From NCBI GenBank assembly GCA_964448075.1, contig CAYUUR010000002.1:158010-222009 (forward strand): a stretch of 64,000 bases of DNA. Reading direction: 5' to 3'. The notes beneath the pieces are model-generated. The model was given only the letters and a program-made list of their open reading frames with translations, was not told the DNA's origin and made no database searches. A program made the translations under genes and the position numbers. This DNA comes from an uncultured Candidatus Saccharibacteria bacterium. GTDB taxonomy: Bacteria > Patescibacteriota > Saccharimonadia > Saccharimonadales > CAYUUR01. This document shows positions 6,880-16,700 of this stretch, one piece after another. How positions within the stretch are numbered: position 1 is the first letter of the stretch; each line of letters opens with the position of its first letter.

Positions 6880-9800
6880 ATGTTTAAAACAAACCTTTCG
6901 ATAGTCAGTAAAAAGGGCTTGAGCGTACTGCTTGCGGTGGTTTTTGCGACCGTCTCTATTGCTATGCCCATATTTGCTGCTCAGCCAGCTCATGCGCAGA
7001 GCGTTCCTTCAGATGGAAAATGGTTAGACGCCTTTAACATCAAGGTTGGTGACTTTGTGTTTAAAGTTGACCCGATAACCGCTGCGGTAGAGCCAGAAGC
7101 GCCGGACTACGTAGTGGAAGCGGGGCTCGCCGAAAGGCCGGGCGTCCTCAATCCAGGACTTGCTAACCAGCTGAACAAAGTACCGGGGCTCGCCTATGTC
7201 AAGGGTGTGGCTTCCTGTAGAGATATCTTATACGTCACGGAGCGTGGAGCAAGCTCTGGACAATACCAGGAAAGAGAAAAGAGTGCTAGCGGCGATTGTG
7301 CAAACGATGGCGATGCTAAGAAAATTAACTTATCAGACACAGGCAACTCCAAAATATTTGCATACCGCCAAGACGACGATAGCATCTTTGCTCCACTTGG
7401 CTGGACAACTGCCGGCCTAAGCGAATGTAGGGAGTTTAAAAACCCAGTTATGTATCGACGCTTACCGGCGAACGACCCTCAGGCGCCACAATTTGACAGG
7501 AATCAGTACTTCTTGGTCGGTAATGATGGTAACCTCGACACGAGCGACTATATTAGAACAAAGAATGATAATGGCGACGCCTTTATTTATGCAAAACCCG
7601 CTAACAACAAATCTTGTGACAGTTTAGATATACTTTTGGCCAATAACGGCAAGGTCGCAACACCACCACCAGAAGCCTATCCGAATTTCAACTCAGAAAC
7701 TGGAGCTTATGATGATAGCGGAGCAAATGAAGGTGGTGACGCTGAAGACGGGCAGGGAACCTGTGAAGCAAGCGGTTTTAGTCTTTCATGGATTATCTGC
7801 CCTATTTTCAACGGCCTTGCAGAAGCAACAGACTGGATATACCGGAGTCTTATAGAACCGTTCCTCTACACACCACCTGTAAGTACTGACCCTGCCAGTG
7901 ATTCATTTAAGGTTTGGTCAAGCTTCCGTGTTGTCGGCAATATTGTTCTGGTGATTGGTATGCTGGTTATCGTGTTTGGTCAGTCTTTGGGGGGAGGGCT
8001 GATTGATGCTTACACCGCAAAGAAGATTCTCCCACGTATCATTGTTGCTGCAATACTAATTAATCTGTCGGTTTATTTTGTAGCTATTGCGGTAGATGTA
8101 AGCAATATTGTCGGGAAGGGTATTCAGCAGTTGATGTTTGCACCTTTTGTGGCTAGTGGAATGTCTAATTTTTCACTAAGCGGGACTCAGATAGCGGTCG
8201 GAGTAACACCGCTAGCTGTAATGGGGGGACTCTTGGCTGGTGCGGGCGCAATTAGCGCTGGTGCGGCAACTGGCGCCGGTATAGGTGCAGCACTCGTAAC
8301 TCTTGGAACAGCTATATGGCCAATGATCGGTCTATTCGTTATCCTTCCCGCGATTCTTGCGCTCATTGCTGTCTTTGCAACACTAATCCTCAGAAGAGCA
8401 CTCATCCTGTTTCTCGTTATCGTCAGTCCTATCGCCTTTGCACTGTATTGTCTGCCAAATACCGAAAAGTACTTCAAAAAATGGTGGGAGCTACTCTTTA
8501 AGGCGCTTTTGGTATATCCGATCATTGCCGTAATGTTTGCACTTGCTGACATTCTGGCGTTAACACTACTCTCTGCTAACGGCGCAACTAACTCAAATGC
8601 CGTTGAGAATGGCCTAGCAATTGTGATTGCATTCGTTATTCAGCTCATTCCATTGTTTGTCATACCGTTCTCTTTCAAACTCGCTGGAGGAGTTATCGGT
8701 AATCTATACGGTACATTGAGTGGATTTGGCAAAAAGGGTGGCGAAGCTATCAAAGGCAACCCAAACGACCAAAACTCAGCACGCAACAGGTTCAAAAGAG
8801 ACTTTAATACCAAGCGGCTAAACGCAGGTTTATCGGCTGGTATGGCCGGTACTGCCTTGAATCCTTCACTACTAACTCGCGCCGGTAGGGAGCGTGGTCG
8901 TGCACGGTTTGTTGGCGCACGAGTACAGGGTCTGGAAGCAGAGCGAAAAGCTTTTGAAGGCAGTACAGGTTGGAAGACAGCCGAGAATGATTCTAATGTA
9001 ACAGGCGCTTTGGCGTACTTTAAAGATGGAGATGCAGCTCGTCAGGGAATAGATTACTGGGAAGAGGAAGAGCGACAAAAGATACTCAGTAACAGAAACT
9101 TTGGTGTTACTGAGAGAAATGAAGCATTTCAAAACCTTGCCCGGCAAAGAGAGCAAAAAATGGCAGCCGTCGGCATCGCTGAGAAACTTGGCTATAACAA
9201 GGCAAACCGTAAGGCTGCCCTTATGAATGCTGGCACAATTGGCTTTGAAACTGCTGGTGGTAAAAAAGGTTGGACGCAAGCAACCACTGCTATGCGAGAA
9301 ATCGCTGACGGTGACGCAATGCAATATCGCTCAATGATGGATGAGTTCCAGTATGTTGCCAAAAGCCAAGCTGGACGCGCTGACCTTGCTGCAAACGTTG
9401 ATGGTAATGATGCCTACGACCTTGATCGTGCCACTGGATCACAGAGTCTGTATCAATTACTTAACTCTAAACCAAAGACAGTTGCTGCATTAATCGATGA
9501 ACATCAGGCAAGAATATGGGATTCTAATGCATCGGATGCAGAGCGTCAGAAATCAGCTCAGTTCCTGCATGAAATGAGCAATGCCTCTGTGAAGGGACAG
9601 GGATCAGCGGGTGTGCGTGATGAGATTAACGCCAAGATGGGCGACATGAATACTGCGCTTGATGCATACACTTACGCTCAGGCAATGTCAGGTGCACCTT
9701 TACCAACAAGCAGAGACGAGGTTGTCCGAGTTTCTGAACCTGACCCAGTAACTGGCGGAACCGTTACCCGTGTGGTTTCAAGACCTGTGACACTCGGTTC

Positions 9801-9900
9801 TCGTGCTGAGCAGGCTGCCGAAGCACAGCGAAGAGCTCGGGCTGTCATTGCCGACCAATCAAGAGCCTATGTACCTCCTGACCCGAATAATATTCCGTAA
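6880..9900 (+). CDS. large polytopic T4SS membrane protein, TrbL/VirB6-like
   Basis: 1006 aa. Signal peptide ends AHAQS. About 300-aa Cys-containing ectodomain, then a block of about 7 TM helices (aa ~350-620, e.g. LILFLVIVSPIAFALYCLPNTEKYFKKWWELLFKALLVYPII) and about 390 aa of charged C-terminal domain. Confidence 0.55.
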   Translation: MFKTNLSIVSKKGLSVLLAVVFATVSIAMPIFAAQPAHAQSVPSDGKWLDAFNIKVGDFVFKVDPITAAVEPEAPDYVVEAGLAERPGVLNPGLANQLNKVPGLAYVKGVASCRDILYVTERGASSGQYQEREKSASGDCANDGDAKKINLSDTGNSKIFAYRQDDDSIFAPLGWTTAGLSECREFKNPVMYRRLPANDPQAPQFDRNQYFLVGNDGNLDTSDYIRTKNDNGDAFIYAKPANNKSCDSLDILLANNGKVATPPPEAYPNFNSETGAYDDSGANEGGDAEDGQGTCEASGFSLSWIICPIFNGLAEATDWIYRSLIEPFLYTPPVSTDPASDSFKVWSSFRVVGNIVLVIGMLVIVFGQSLGGGLIDAYTAKKILPRIIVAAILINLSVYFVAIAVDVSNIVGKGIQQLMFAPFVASGMSNFSLSGTQIAVGVTPLAVMGGLLAGAGAISAGAATGAGIGAALVTLGTAIWPMIGLFVILPAILALIAVFATLILRRALILFLVIVSPIAFALYCLPNTEKYFKKWWELLFKALLVYPIIAVMFALADILALTLLSANGATNSNAVENGLAIVIAFVIQLIPLFVIPFSFKLAGGVIGNLYGTLSGFGKKGGEAIKGNPNDQNSARNRFKRDFNTKRLNAGLSAGMAGTALNPSLLTRAGRERGRARFVGARVQGLEAERKAFEGSTGWKTAENDSNVTGALAYFKDGDAARQGIDYWEEEERQKILSNRNFGVTERNEAFQNLARQREQKMAAVGIAEKLGYNKANRKAALMNAGTIGFETAGGKKGWTQATTAMREIADGDAMQYRSMMDEFQYVAKSQAGRADLAANVDGNDAYDLDRATGSQSLYQLLNSKPKTVAALIDEHQARIWDSNASDAERQKSAQFLHEMSNASVKGQGSAGVRDEINAKMGDMNTALDAYTYAQAMSGAPLPTSRDEVVRVSEPDPVTGGTVTRVVSRPVTLGSRAEQAAEAQRRARAVIADQSRAYVPPDPNNIP

Positions 9901-9940
9901 GTTGATAGTTTGCAGATAATACATAATACTTAAGGTTAAG

Positions 9941-10957
9941 ATGGCGCAGTATAAAGTTTTACAGGACATTGAAGCAGAGGACAAACTCCTTGGCCCGTTG
10001 AGTTTGCGGCAGTTCCTCTATGCAGTCATTGCGATTGTCTGTGGTTTCATTGCTTTCCGTCTGTTTATTGTTCATCCTTTATTGGCCATCCCATTACTGC
10101 CACCAGTCGCGCTGTTCTTCATCCTCGCGGCACCGTTTGGGCGTGATCAGCCGTCCGAGGTTTGGCTTTTGGCAAAGATTAGGTTTTTCCTAAAACCACG
10201 TAAGCGCCTGTGGGACCAAGCTGGGCTGCAAGAACTGGTAACTGTCACGGCGCCAAAAAAGATTGAACGGCAACTAACTGATGGTTTGAGCCAAACAGAG
10301 GTGAAGAGCCGTCTGCGAGCCCTAGCTGACACCATCGACACCCGCGGTTGGGCAATTAAAGGTATGGATCTTAACATGGCGAATAACCCTGTGTATTATC
10401 GACAAAGCACTGACCGACTGTTTGATGTTAATGCGCTCATGCCAGCTACTAATCCAAACGCAGATGTGCCACTAGAAAACGACCCTATGGCGGCATTTAA
10501 TCCTATCGCACAACAGTTTGATCAAATGGTTGCCGCCTCGGACCAGTCACACAGACAACAAATTATGGATCGTATGCAGCAGATCCGCGAGCAGCAACAA
10601 GCAACACTCGCTCAACCACAAGCACCGTCTCCGCAGCCACAGTACGCGCGGATGGCTGCCACGACCCCACAGCAGACCATGCCACAGCCTCAGAATGACA
10701 CTACATCATATCAGTTACCGCCACAGACTGATGCACACCAGGCCCAGCAAGCGGCCTATGGAAACACACACGTTATTCAACCTGCCGTTCCACTAACTCA
10801 AACACCACCACCAGCAACGATTCCTCCCGTGACAGAGCCCAACCAAGCTGTTAAAATAGAACTTGCCAAGAACAACGACCTGAATGTGGCTACCATCGCT
10901 CGTGAAGTAAATAAGGGTGATGAGCCGCAGGATGAAGTAGTCATCTCACTACGTTAG
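9941..10957 (+). CDS. PrgI-family (VirB3-like) T4SS membrane protein with long Q/P-rich C-terminal extension
   Basis: N-terminus MAQYKVLQDIEAEDKLLGPLSLRQFLYAVIAIVCGFIAF plus a second TM helix matches the PrgI family pattern from memory. The C-terminal ~130 aa are Q/P-rich low complexity. Confidence 0.6.
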   Translation: MAQYKVLQDIEAEDKLLGPLSLRQFLYAVIAIVCGFIAFRLFIVHPLLAIPLLPPVALFFILAAPFGRDQPSEVWLLAKIRFFLKPRKRLWDQAGLQELVTVTAPKKIERQLTDGLSQTEVKSRLRALADTIDTRGWAIKGMDLNMANNPVYYRQSTDRLFDVNALMPATNPNADVPLENDPMAAFNPIAQQFDQMVAASDQSHRQQIMDRMQQIREQQQATLAQPQAPSPQPQYARMAATTPQQTMPQPQNDTTSYQLPPQTDAHQAQQAAYGNTHVIQPAVPLTQTPPPATIPPVTEPNQAVKIELAKNNDLNVATIAREVNKGDEPQDEVVISLR

Positions 10958-10968
10958 TTGTTCACTAG

Positions 10969-11865
10969 GTGGGCACAAAAAACTATATGAACCCTTCAAA
11001 CCAAAACAATCAGATACCGCAGGCTGCCCAACCGCAGCAGTACGCGTACCCTGCACAAGGTGCGGCACCCCAGCCAGTGCAGGGGCCGGTTGTTGCTGGG
11101 CAAGCTCCACCAAATCAACAGATAGCCAAGAACAAGTCAAATCCCAACAGTACACAAAATAATCTGATGATTGCCGAGATTCGTGACGGAATCGTCATTA
11201 TGAATGATGGTTCATTCCGTTCTGTCATCATGGCTAAATCCATTAACTTTGACCTGATGAGCATGCAAGAGCAAGAGGCGGTTGAGGCCGGTTATCAGGG
11301 CTTTTTGAACTCGCTCTATTTTCCGATCCAGATCTTTATGCGCTCTCAGAAGATTGACCTCGAACCCTATATTGCCAAGCTAGACAAGATCCGTGGTGAA
11401 CACGACAATATGTTGCTGTCTGTGCTCATGGAAGATTACATCAACTTTATGGATGGTCTCTCGGTCCAGACAAATATTATGGATAAGAAATTCTACTTAA
11501 TTATTCCGTATTTCCCAGTACTTGACGTCCAAAAAGCAATAACTGGCAGCAAGAACTTCTTTAGCGGCTTAAGCGCCTTATTCAGTAATAAGGAACAACA
11601 CGTGACAATCAACGAGCAAGACCTAGAAAAAGCCAAGTCAGAGCTGCGCAACCGCGTCCAAGCCGTACTCGGTGGTCTGCTGCAATGTGGTGTTCAGGGC
11701 TTGCCACTTGATACACAAGAGCTGATTGAGTTGTACTACGACACCTACAACCCCGACACCGCCACCCGTCAGCAACTTAAGAACTTTAATGACCTTACTG
11801 TTCCCGTGGTCACAAAAGGCCAGGGTCCTGCGCCACAACCCAACCTAGAACGAGGACTACAGTAA
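10969..11865 (+). CDS. T4SS protein resembling the N-terminal module of Gram-positive VirB4 ATPases (possible split VirB4)
   Basis: 298 aa with a GTG start at 10969 (alternative ATG at 10987). Q/P-rich N-terminus, then IAEIRDGIVIMNDGSFRSVIMAKSINFDLMSMQEQEAVEAGYQGFLNSLYFPIQIF. Its stop overlaps the virB4 start (TAATG at 11863-11867). Confidence 0.45.
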   Translation: MGTKNYMNPSNQNNQIPQAAQPQQYAYPAQGAAPQPVQGPVVAGQAPPNQQIAKNKSNPNSTQNNLMIAEIRDGIVIMNDGSFRSVIMAKSINFDLMSMQEQEAVEAGYQGFLNSLYFPIQIFMRSQKIDLEPYIAKLDKIRGEHDNMLLSVLMEDYINFMDGLSVQTNIMDKKFYLIIPYFPVLDVQKAITGSKNFFSGLSALFSNKEQHVTINEQDLEKAKSELRNRVQAVLGGLLQCGVQGLPLDTQELIELYYDTYNPDTATRQQLKNFNDLTVPVVTKGQGPAPQPNLERGLQ

Positions 11866-13772
11866 TGGCTGGTTTTAAGAAAGCCCCGCCACCGATGGAC
11901 CCAGTAGCATTGGCCCAGGCACAAGCAGCTCGCGAGCAAACAGAGGTAGAGCAAGCCTTCCGTAAAGGTATTACTGCGCTGAGGGATTTCATTGCACCGA
12001 GCTCACTCGAGTTCAAGCCAAACTTCTTCCACCTTGGCACGCGTTACGCTCGAACATTCTACGTATTCGGATACCCGCGTCAGCTCTACACGGGCTGGCT
12101 GAGTAGTATGATCAACATTGATGAGGTGCTTGACCTTTCTATGTTTATTTACCCTGTGGAAAGCCAAGTCGTCCTAGAAAACTTGCGCAAAAAAGTTGGT
12201 CAGTTAGAGGCTGGTCTGCAGATTGATGCAGAAAAAGGCAAGGTTCGTGACCCGGCCAAACAAGCTGCCATAAGCGACGCCGAAGAAATGCGTGACAAAC
12301 TACAGATTGGTGAGGAACGCTTTTTCCGTTTTGGTCTGTATTTCACTCTGTACGCCAACAGTGAAGACGAACTACAATTTATTACCCATAAGATTGAGTC
12401 AATCTTAGGGCAACAATTAGTTTACTCAAAGCCAGCTTCATCGCAACAAGAGCAGGGTCTCAATAGCTCGGTGCCTCAGTTCACTGACCAGTTGCAGATC
12501 CGACGTAATATGAGCACTGGCGCACTGAGCACGAGCTTCCCATTCACTTCTGCAGACCTCAGCCAAGACAGTGGAGTACTATATGGCATCAATATGCACA
12601 ACTCAGGACTAGTCATCTTTGACAGATTCACACTTGAAAACAGTAACTCGGTCGTATTTGCCAAATCTGGTGCAGGTAAGTCATTTGCCGTGAAGCTGGA
12701 AGCACTGCGCAGCATGATGTTTGGCACCGAAGTGTTCATTATCGACCCAGAAAACGAATATCAGCGCATGTGTGAAGCAGTCGGTGGTGCCTATGTTCGA
12801 TTGAGTCTTAATTCTCCAACCCGCATTAACCCGTTTGATCTGCCAAAGGTTGTTGATACAGAAGAGGCTGACAACGCCTTGCGCAGCAACCTTATAACGC
12901 TCCACGGCTTGCTACGACTGATGATGGGTGGCGCGCAAGCACAAATGGCCGGCGGCGGTGCAGCACCAGCGCTCAACCCGGTAGAAGAAGCCGACCTTGA
13001 CGCTGCGCTCATTGAAACCTACGCCAAAGCTGGTATTACTAACGATCCACTGACGCATACCGCTATTCCACCAACCATTAATGACCTATATGACACATTG
13101 CTCCATATGGGTGGTACTGGGCCACAACTCGCGCAGCGCCTACGCAAATACACCAGTGGTACCTTTGCTGGCATATTCAGCCAACAATCAAACATCGATA
13201 TCAACAACCCGATGGTGGTGTTCAATATTCGTGACCTTGAAGACGAACTCCGACCCGTTGCCATGTATATTGTCCTTAACTATATTTGGAACAAGACCAA
13301 GTCAGACCAAAAACGTCGTTTGCTGATAGTTGATGAAGCTTGGCAGCTTATGAAGTATGAAGACTCTGCTAACTTTATGTTCTCTCTGGCAAAGCGAGCC
13401 CGCAAATATAACTTAGGTATCACAACTATCAGCCAGGACGTTGAGGACTTTATGGGTTCGCGCATGGGCCGTGCTATCGTAGCTAATGCTTCTATGCAAT
13501 TACTCCTCAAACAGTCATCTTCTGCGGTTGACACATTAGCTGACGTGTTTAAGTTGACGAGTGAAGAGCGTAAACGCCTTAGTCAATTCCCCGTAGGACA
13601 GGGACTGTTCTTTGCAGGTCAAAACCATGTACACATCCAGATTATCGCTAGTCCAACAGAAACTGGTCTCATTACAACCAACCCTGAGCAAATTCAATCA
13701 ATGAACCAAGGTGACATTAACCAGCCTGAGGGCACAATCGACTTAGCAAATCGCCTCAGTCCTGGGTTATAA
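11865..13772 (+). CDS. virB4: VirB4-family type IV secretion ATPase
   Basis: 635 aa. Walker A AKSGAGKS (nt ~12660), Walker B RRLLIVDEAWQLM (nt ~13321), and TTISQDVEDF. N-terminal motif APSSLEFKPNFFHLGTRYARTFYVFGYPRQLYTGWL is typical of Gram-positive VirB4 (PrgJ/Orf16 type). Confidence 0.8.
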   Translation: MAGFKKAPPPMDPVALAQAQAAREQTEVEQAFRKGITALRDFIAPSSLEFKPNFFHLGTRYARTFYVFGYPRQLYTGWLSSMINIDEVLDLSMFIYPVESQVVLENLRKKVGQLEAGLQIDAEKGKVRDPAKQAAISDAEEMRDKLQIGEERFFRFGLYFTLYANSEDELQFITHKIESILGQQLVYSKPASSQQEQGLNSSVPQFTDQLQIRRNMSTGALSTSFPFTSADLSQDSGVLYGINMHNSGLVIFDRFTLENSNSVVFAKSGAGKSFAVKLEALRSMMFGTEVFIIDPENEYQRMCEAVGGAYVRLSLNSPTRINPFDLPKVVDTEEADNALRSNLITLHGLLRLMMGGAQAQMAGGGAAPALNPVEEADLDAALIETYAKAGITNDPLTHTAIPPTINDLYDTLLHMGGTGPQLAQRLRKYTSGTFAGIFSQQSNIDINNPMVVFNIRDLEDELRPVAMYIVLNYIWNKTKSDQKRRLLIVDEAWQLMKYEDSANFMFSLAKRARKYNLGITTISQDVEDFMGSRMGRAIVANASMQLLLKQSSSAVDTLADVFKLTSEERKRLSQFPVGQGLFFAGQNHVHIQIIASPTETGLITTNPEQIQSMNQGDINQPEGTIDLANRLSPGL

Positions 13773-13793
13773 TATTGCAAATGAGGGTTATGT

Positions 13794-16700
13794 ATGGCTC
13801 TGAAACTTGACGATAAGCCAGATGAACTATACGACGACGGCCATCCTTCGTGGCAAACCAATATCCAAGGTCTAGAGGATTCATACAATAGTGCCAGTGC
13901 GTCTGATGGCGACCTGCCAGACGGACACCCAAGCAAAAGCTCATCAGGCAAGAACCTCTCTGATATGGAGAGTAAAGGCGCCACGGCTGCGCCAGGCTCA
14001 AACGCCGAACAGACAGAAAAAAAGGGCCTAACTGACGCGCTGGGCGGTGCAGGCACGGCGGCTAGCTGGGCTACTAATATCGCCAGTAAACGCGTACCTG
14101 TAGCATGGCTCGGTGCAAACAAAAAGAAAGCTGCTGCGGGCGGTGGCGTGTTTGGCGCAATTATCGCATTCTTTGTTGGTACGGCAATCATAACGCAAGG
14201 GCCATTACAATTAATTCACGCTGGGCAAATGCTTAAAGGATTCCATTGGTCTAGTAACGAAGAGTTTGGTAATGAACGTAGCGGCAACCTATTGTTCGCA
14301 GCCAAGAATATTGCTGATGGCAACGCCTACCGCAATAACCTTGGCGTCGTTGGTAATAAATTTGCCGATACCTATGATAAGCGACTCGCAAAACAAGGTA
14401 TAGAGTTTGAACGCGGCAACAAACGCTTGGCGCAAAGCGTAACAATCGACAGAAATACTGATGCCGGTAGAAAACTTGAAGCTCGCTTAGCATCAGAAGG
14501 CATCGATGTAGCAGAGCTGGATGGCAATAAGTTAAAGGTTGATTTAACAGGCGATGACGTCATCAAGAAGATTAACAGTGTGACTGATGGCGCCTTGGAT
14601 TCAATCAATAGAAAAGGTAAGGCTTCTTACGTTTCAAGAAAAATCCTCCGTTTACGTAACGGAACAAGCTGGAATGTTCTACAGAATAAGGCCCGTGCAA
14701 AAACACAGGAGCTCGGGGACTACTATAAAGAGCGGCGCGAAAAACGTGCCGAAAAGCGCAAACAGGGTGCAAGTGACCTAGATGCTGATAGAGCAAAAGC
14801 TCAAGACGTAGATAAGAATGGCGATGGAGAAATCGATGGCCCAGACCCTGAAGCAGAAAAAGCTGCGAACGCGGGCAATGAGATACTAGATGACGTAACC
14901 GATACCGATGTGACAAAAGTTGATGGGCAGGCAAAGTTAGGTGATGCACAAAAAAGCTTAATGCAGAAGCTTGGCCCAGCTGGTAAGGTAGCGGGTGGCG
15001 CGGTCGCAGTAGTTGGCTTAACTTGTGCCGCGCGCAGTATTGGTAACGCAGCCGAGGATGCGCAGTACGCCAGTAATATTCTGCCAATGATTCGCATGGG
15101 AACAGATATTATTAGTATCGCTTCACAGGTTCAGAGTGGACAGGTGAATATTGATGAGGTGGGTAGCGTGGTGAATGATTTTTTTGACGAAACCGAGAAG
15201 CCTGCAGCAAAATCATTCTTTGCGGCTAAATCTATTCAGGTAAACCAAGGTAATCCAAACGCGGGCGGACCAGACTTGCCCGAAGAAGCGAACCCGGGTT
15301 CTCTTGGTAAAAAACCTGTGGTCTTTGATGTTATCGACAGGATTCCTGGTATAGAACAAGCCTGCTTTGTCACCGATAAAGCAGGTGAACTGCCGGTCGT
15401 AAAACAGTTCGGCGATGCGTCAAATGCAATTATTAGCTCTGGTATCGAATCGCTGACGGGCAAGTCAACAGAAGATTTTGTGAGTATGTTAATAAACTAC
15501 GTGGCAGGTAATGCTGTTAATGTACTGGCGCAAGGTGCTGAACTCGGTAACCTCGCCAATGCAGGCTCGTTCTTAGCAGCAAACGAGAATGCACTTTCGA
15601 TGGGCGGACGTAAGTTAACGGGCGAAGAGGTTGCTGAACTGCGTGAATACAACGCCGAAATACAACGCCGTGAAAACTCCCAGAAGACATTCTTTGCGCG
15701 CATGTTTGACCTTAACGACGCTCAGTCATTACTTTCTAAGAATACTGTTCAAAACCCAAATGTTGCATCTGTTTCCGCATCCACTCAGTCGTTCCTCAAA
15801 GCTCCGGCGAGTCTGCTTTCAAACGTAAGTAGTATTTTGTCACCACGCGCGCACGCAGCAGCAACAAATTATGACTTTGGCGTGCCAACATATGGGTTCA
15901 GCTTGTCCGAACGACGTGACGCACGATTCAGCGACCCATACGAGAGCGCAGAGAAGATTTACGACAAACTAGACAAACTCAACGAGGAATATGGGGAATG
16001 TTTTCAGGTGAAGATCACAAAGGATGGAAAACTAACACAAGAGGAGGGTGTACCGTACACTAAGATACCTGACAAATGTAATGGTAATAGTGAGGATTTA
16101 TTGCGCTACCGATTCTGGGTCGCTGACACAGTACTCAGTAAAGGTCTATCGTGTATGGACGGAATGGACGAAAACGACTGTACTGAGCTTGGCTTCGGCA
16201 GTACTGGTGATACGAACGAATCGGCAGCAAATGCCTCAACAAGCAATCCTAATCTTTATATGATTGGCGATTCGTTATCAATCCATCTTCGATCAGGAGG
16301 CACAGCAGATATCGTCAAGCGTTTTAAAGAAAATGGCTGGACAGATGTTTGTGTAGAGGCAGAAGAAGGTAGGCCACTTGGGGCGAGCGAAATGACTCAA
16401 TCTTTTGCCGAGAAGGGAGAGCCACCAATTGACTGTCGCGGGGCAACCAACACAAAAACAAAAGGCTTACTTCAAATCAATCAACAACCAGACAAAGACG
16501 CCATCGCAAAGGCGGGCACGGTAGTTATCTCACTTGGTACGAACGATGGGCCGTCTGCATTCACATCATTCAGAGATAACGTCAAAAAGATGGTTACCGA
16601 TATAAGAACAATTAATCCTGCAGTGCAAATTAAGTGGATAAATACATACACTGCACGTGATGTCACGAGTGGTGGTACGTATCTCATTAAGGATTTCGAC

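Noticed and set aside
10560-11110. Q/P-rich segment, checked as a possible tandem DNA repeat or array
   Set aside because: No exact or periodic nucleotide repeat unit was found. It is compositionally biased coding sequence spanning the end of one ORF and the start of the next.
13694-15097. Several 80-165-aa antisense ORFs inside the 1223-aa hydrolase gene (similar shadows occur in the virB6-like, virB4 and other long genes)
   Set aside because: They are shadow ORFs opposite long, well-supported genes. Their translations are low-complexity (Ala/Pro/Ser/Arg-rich).
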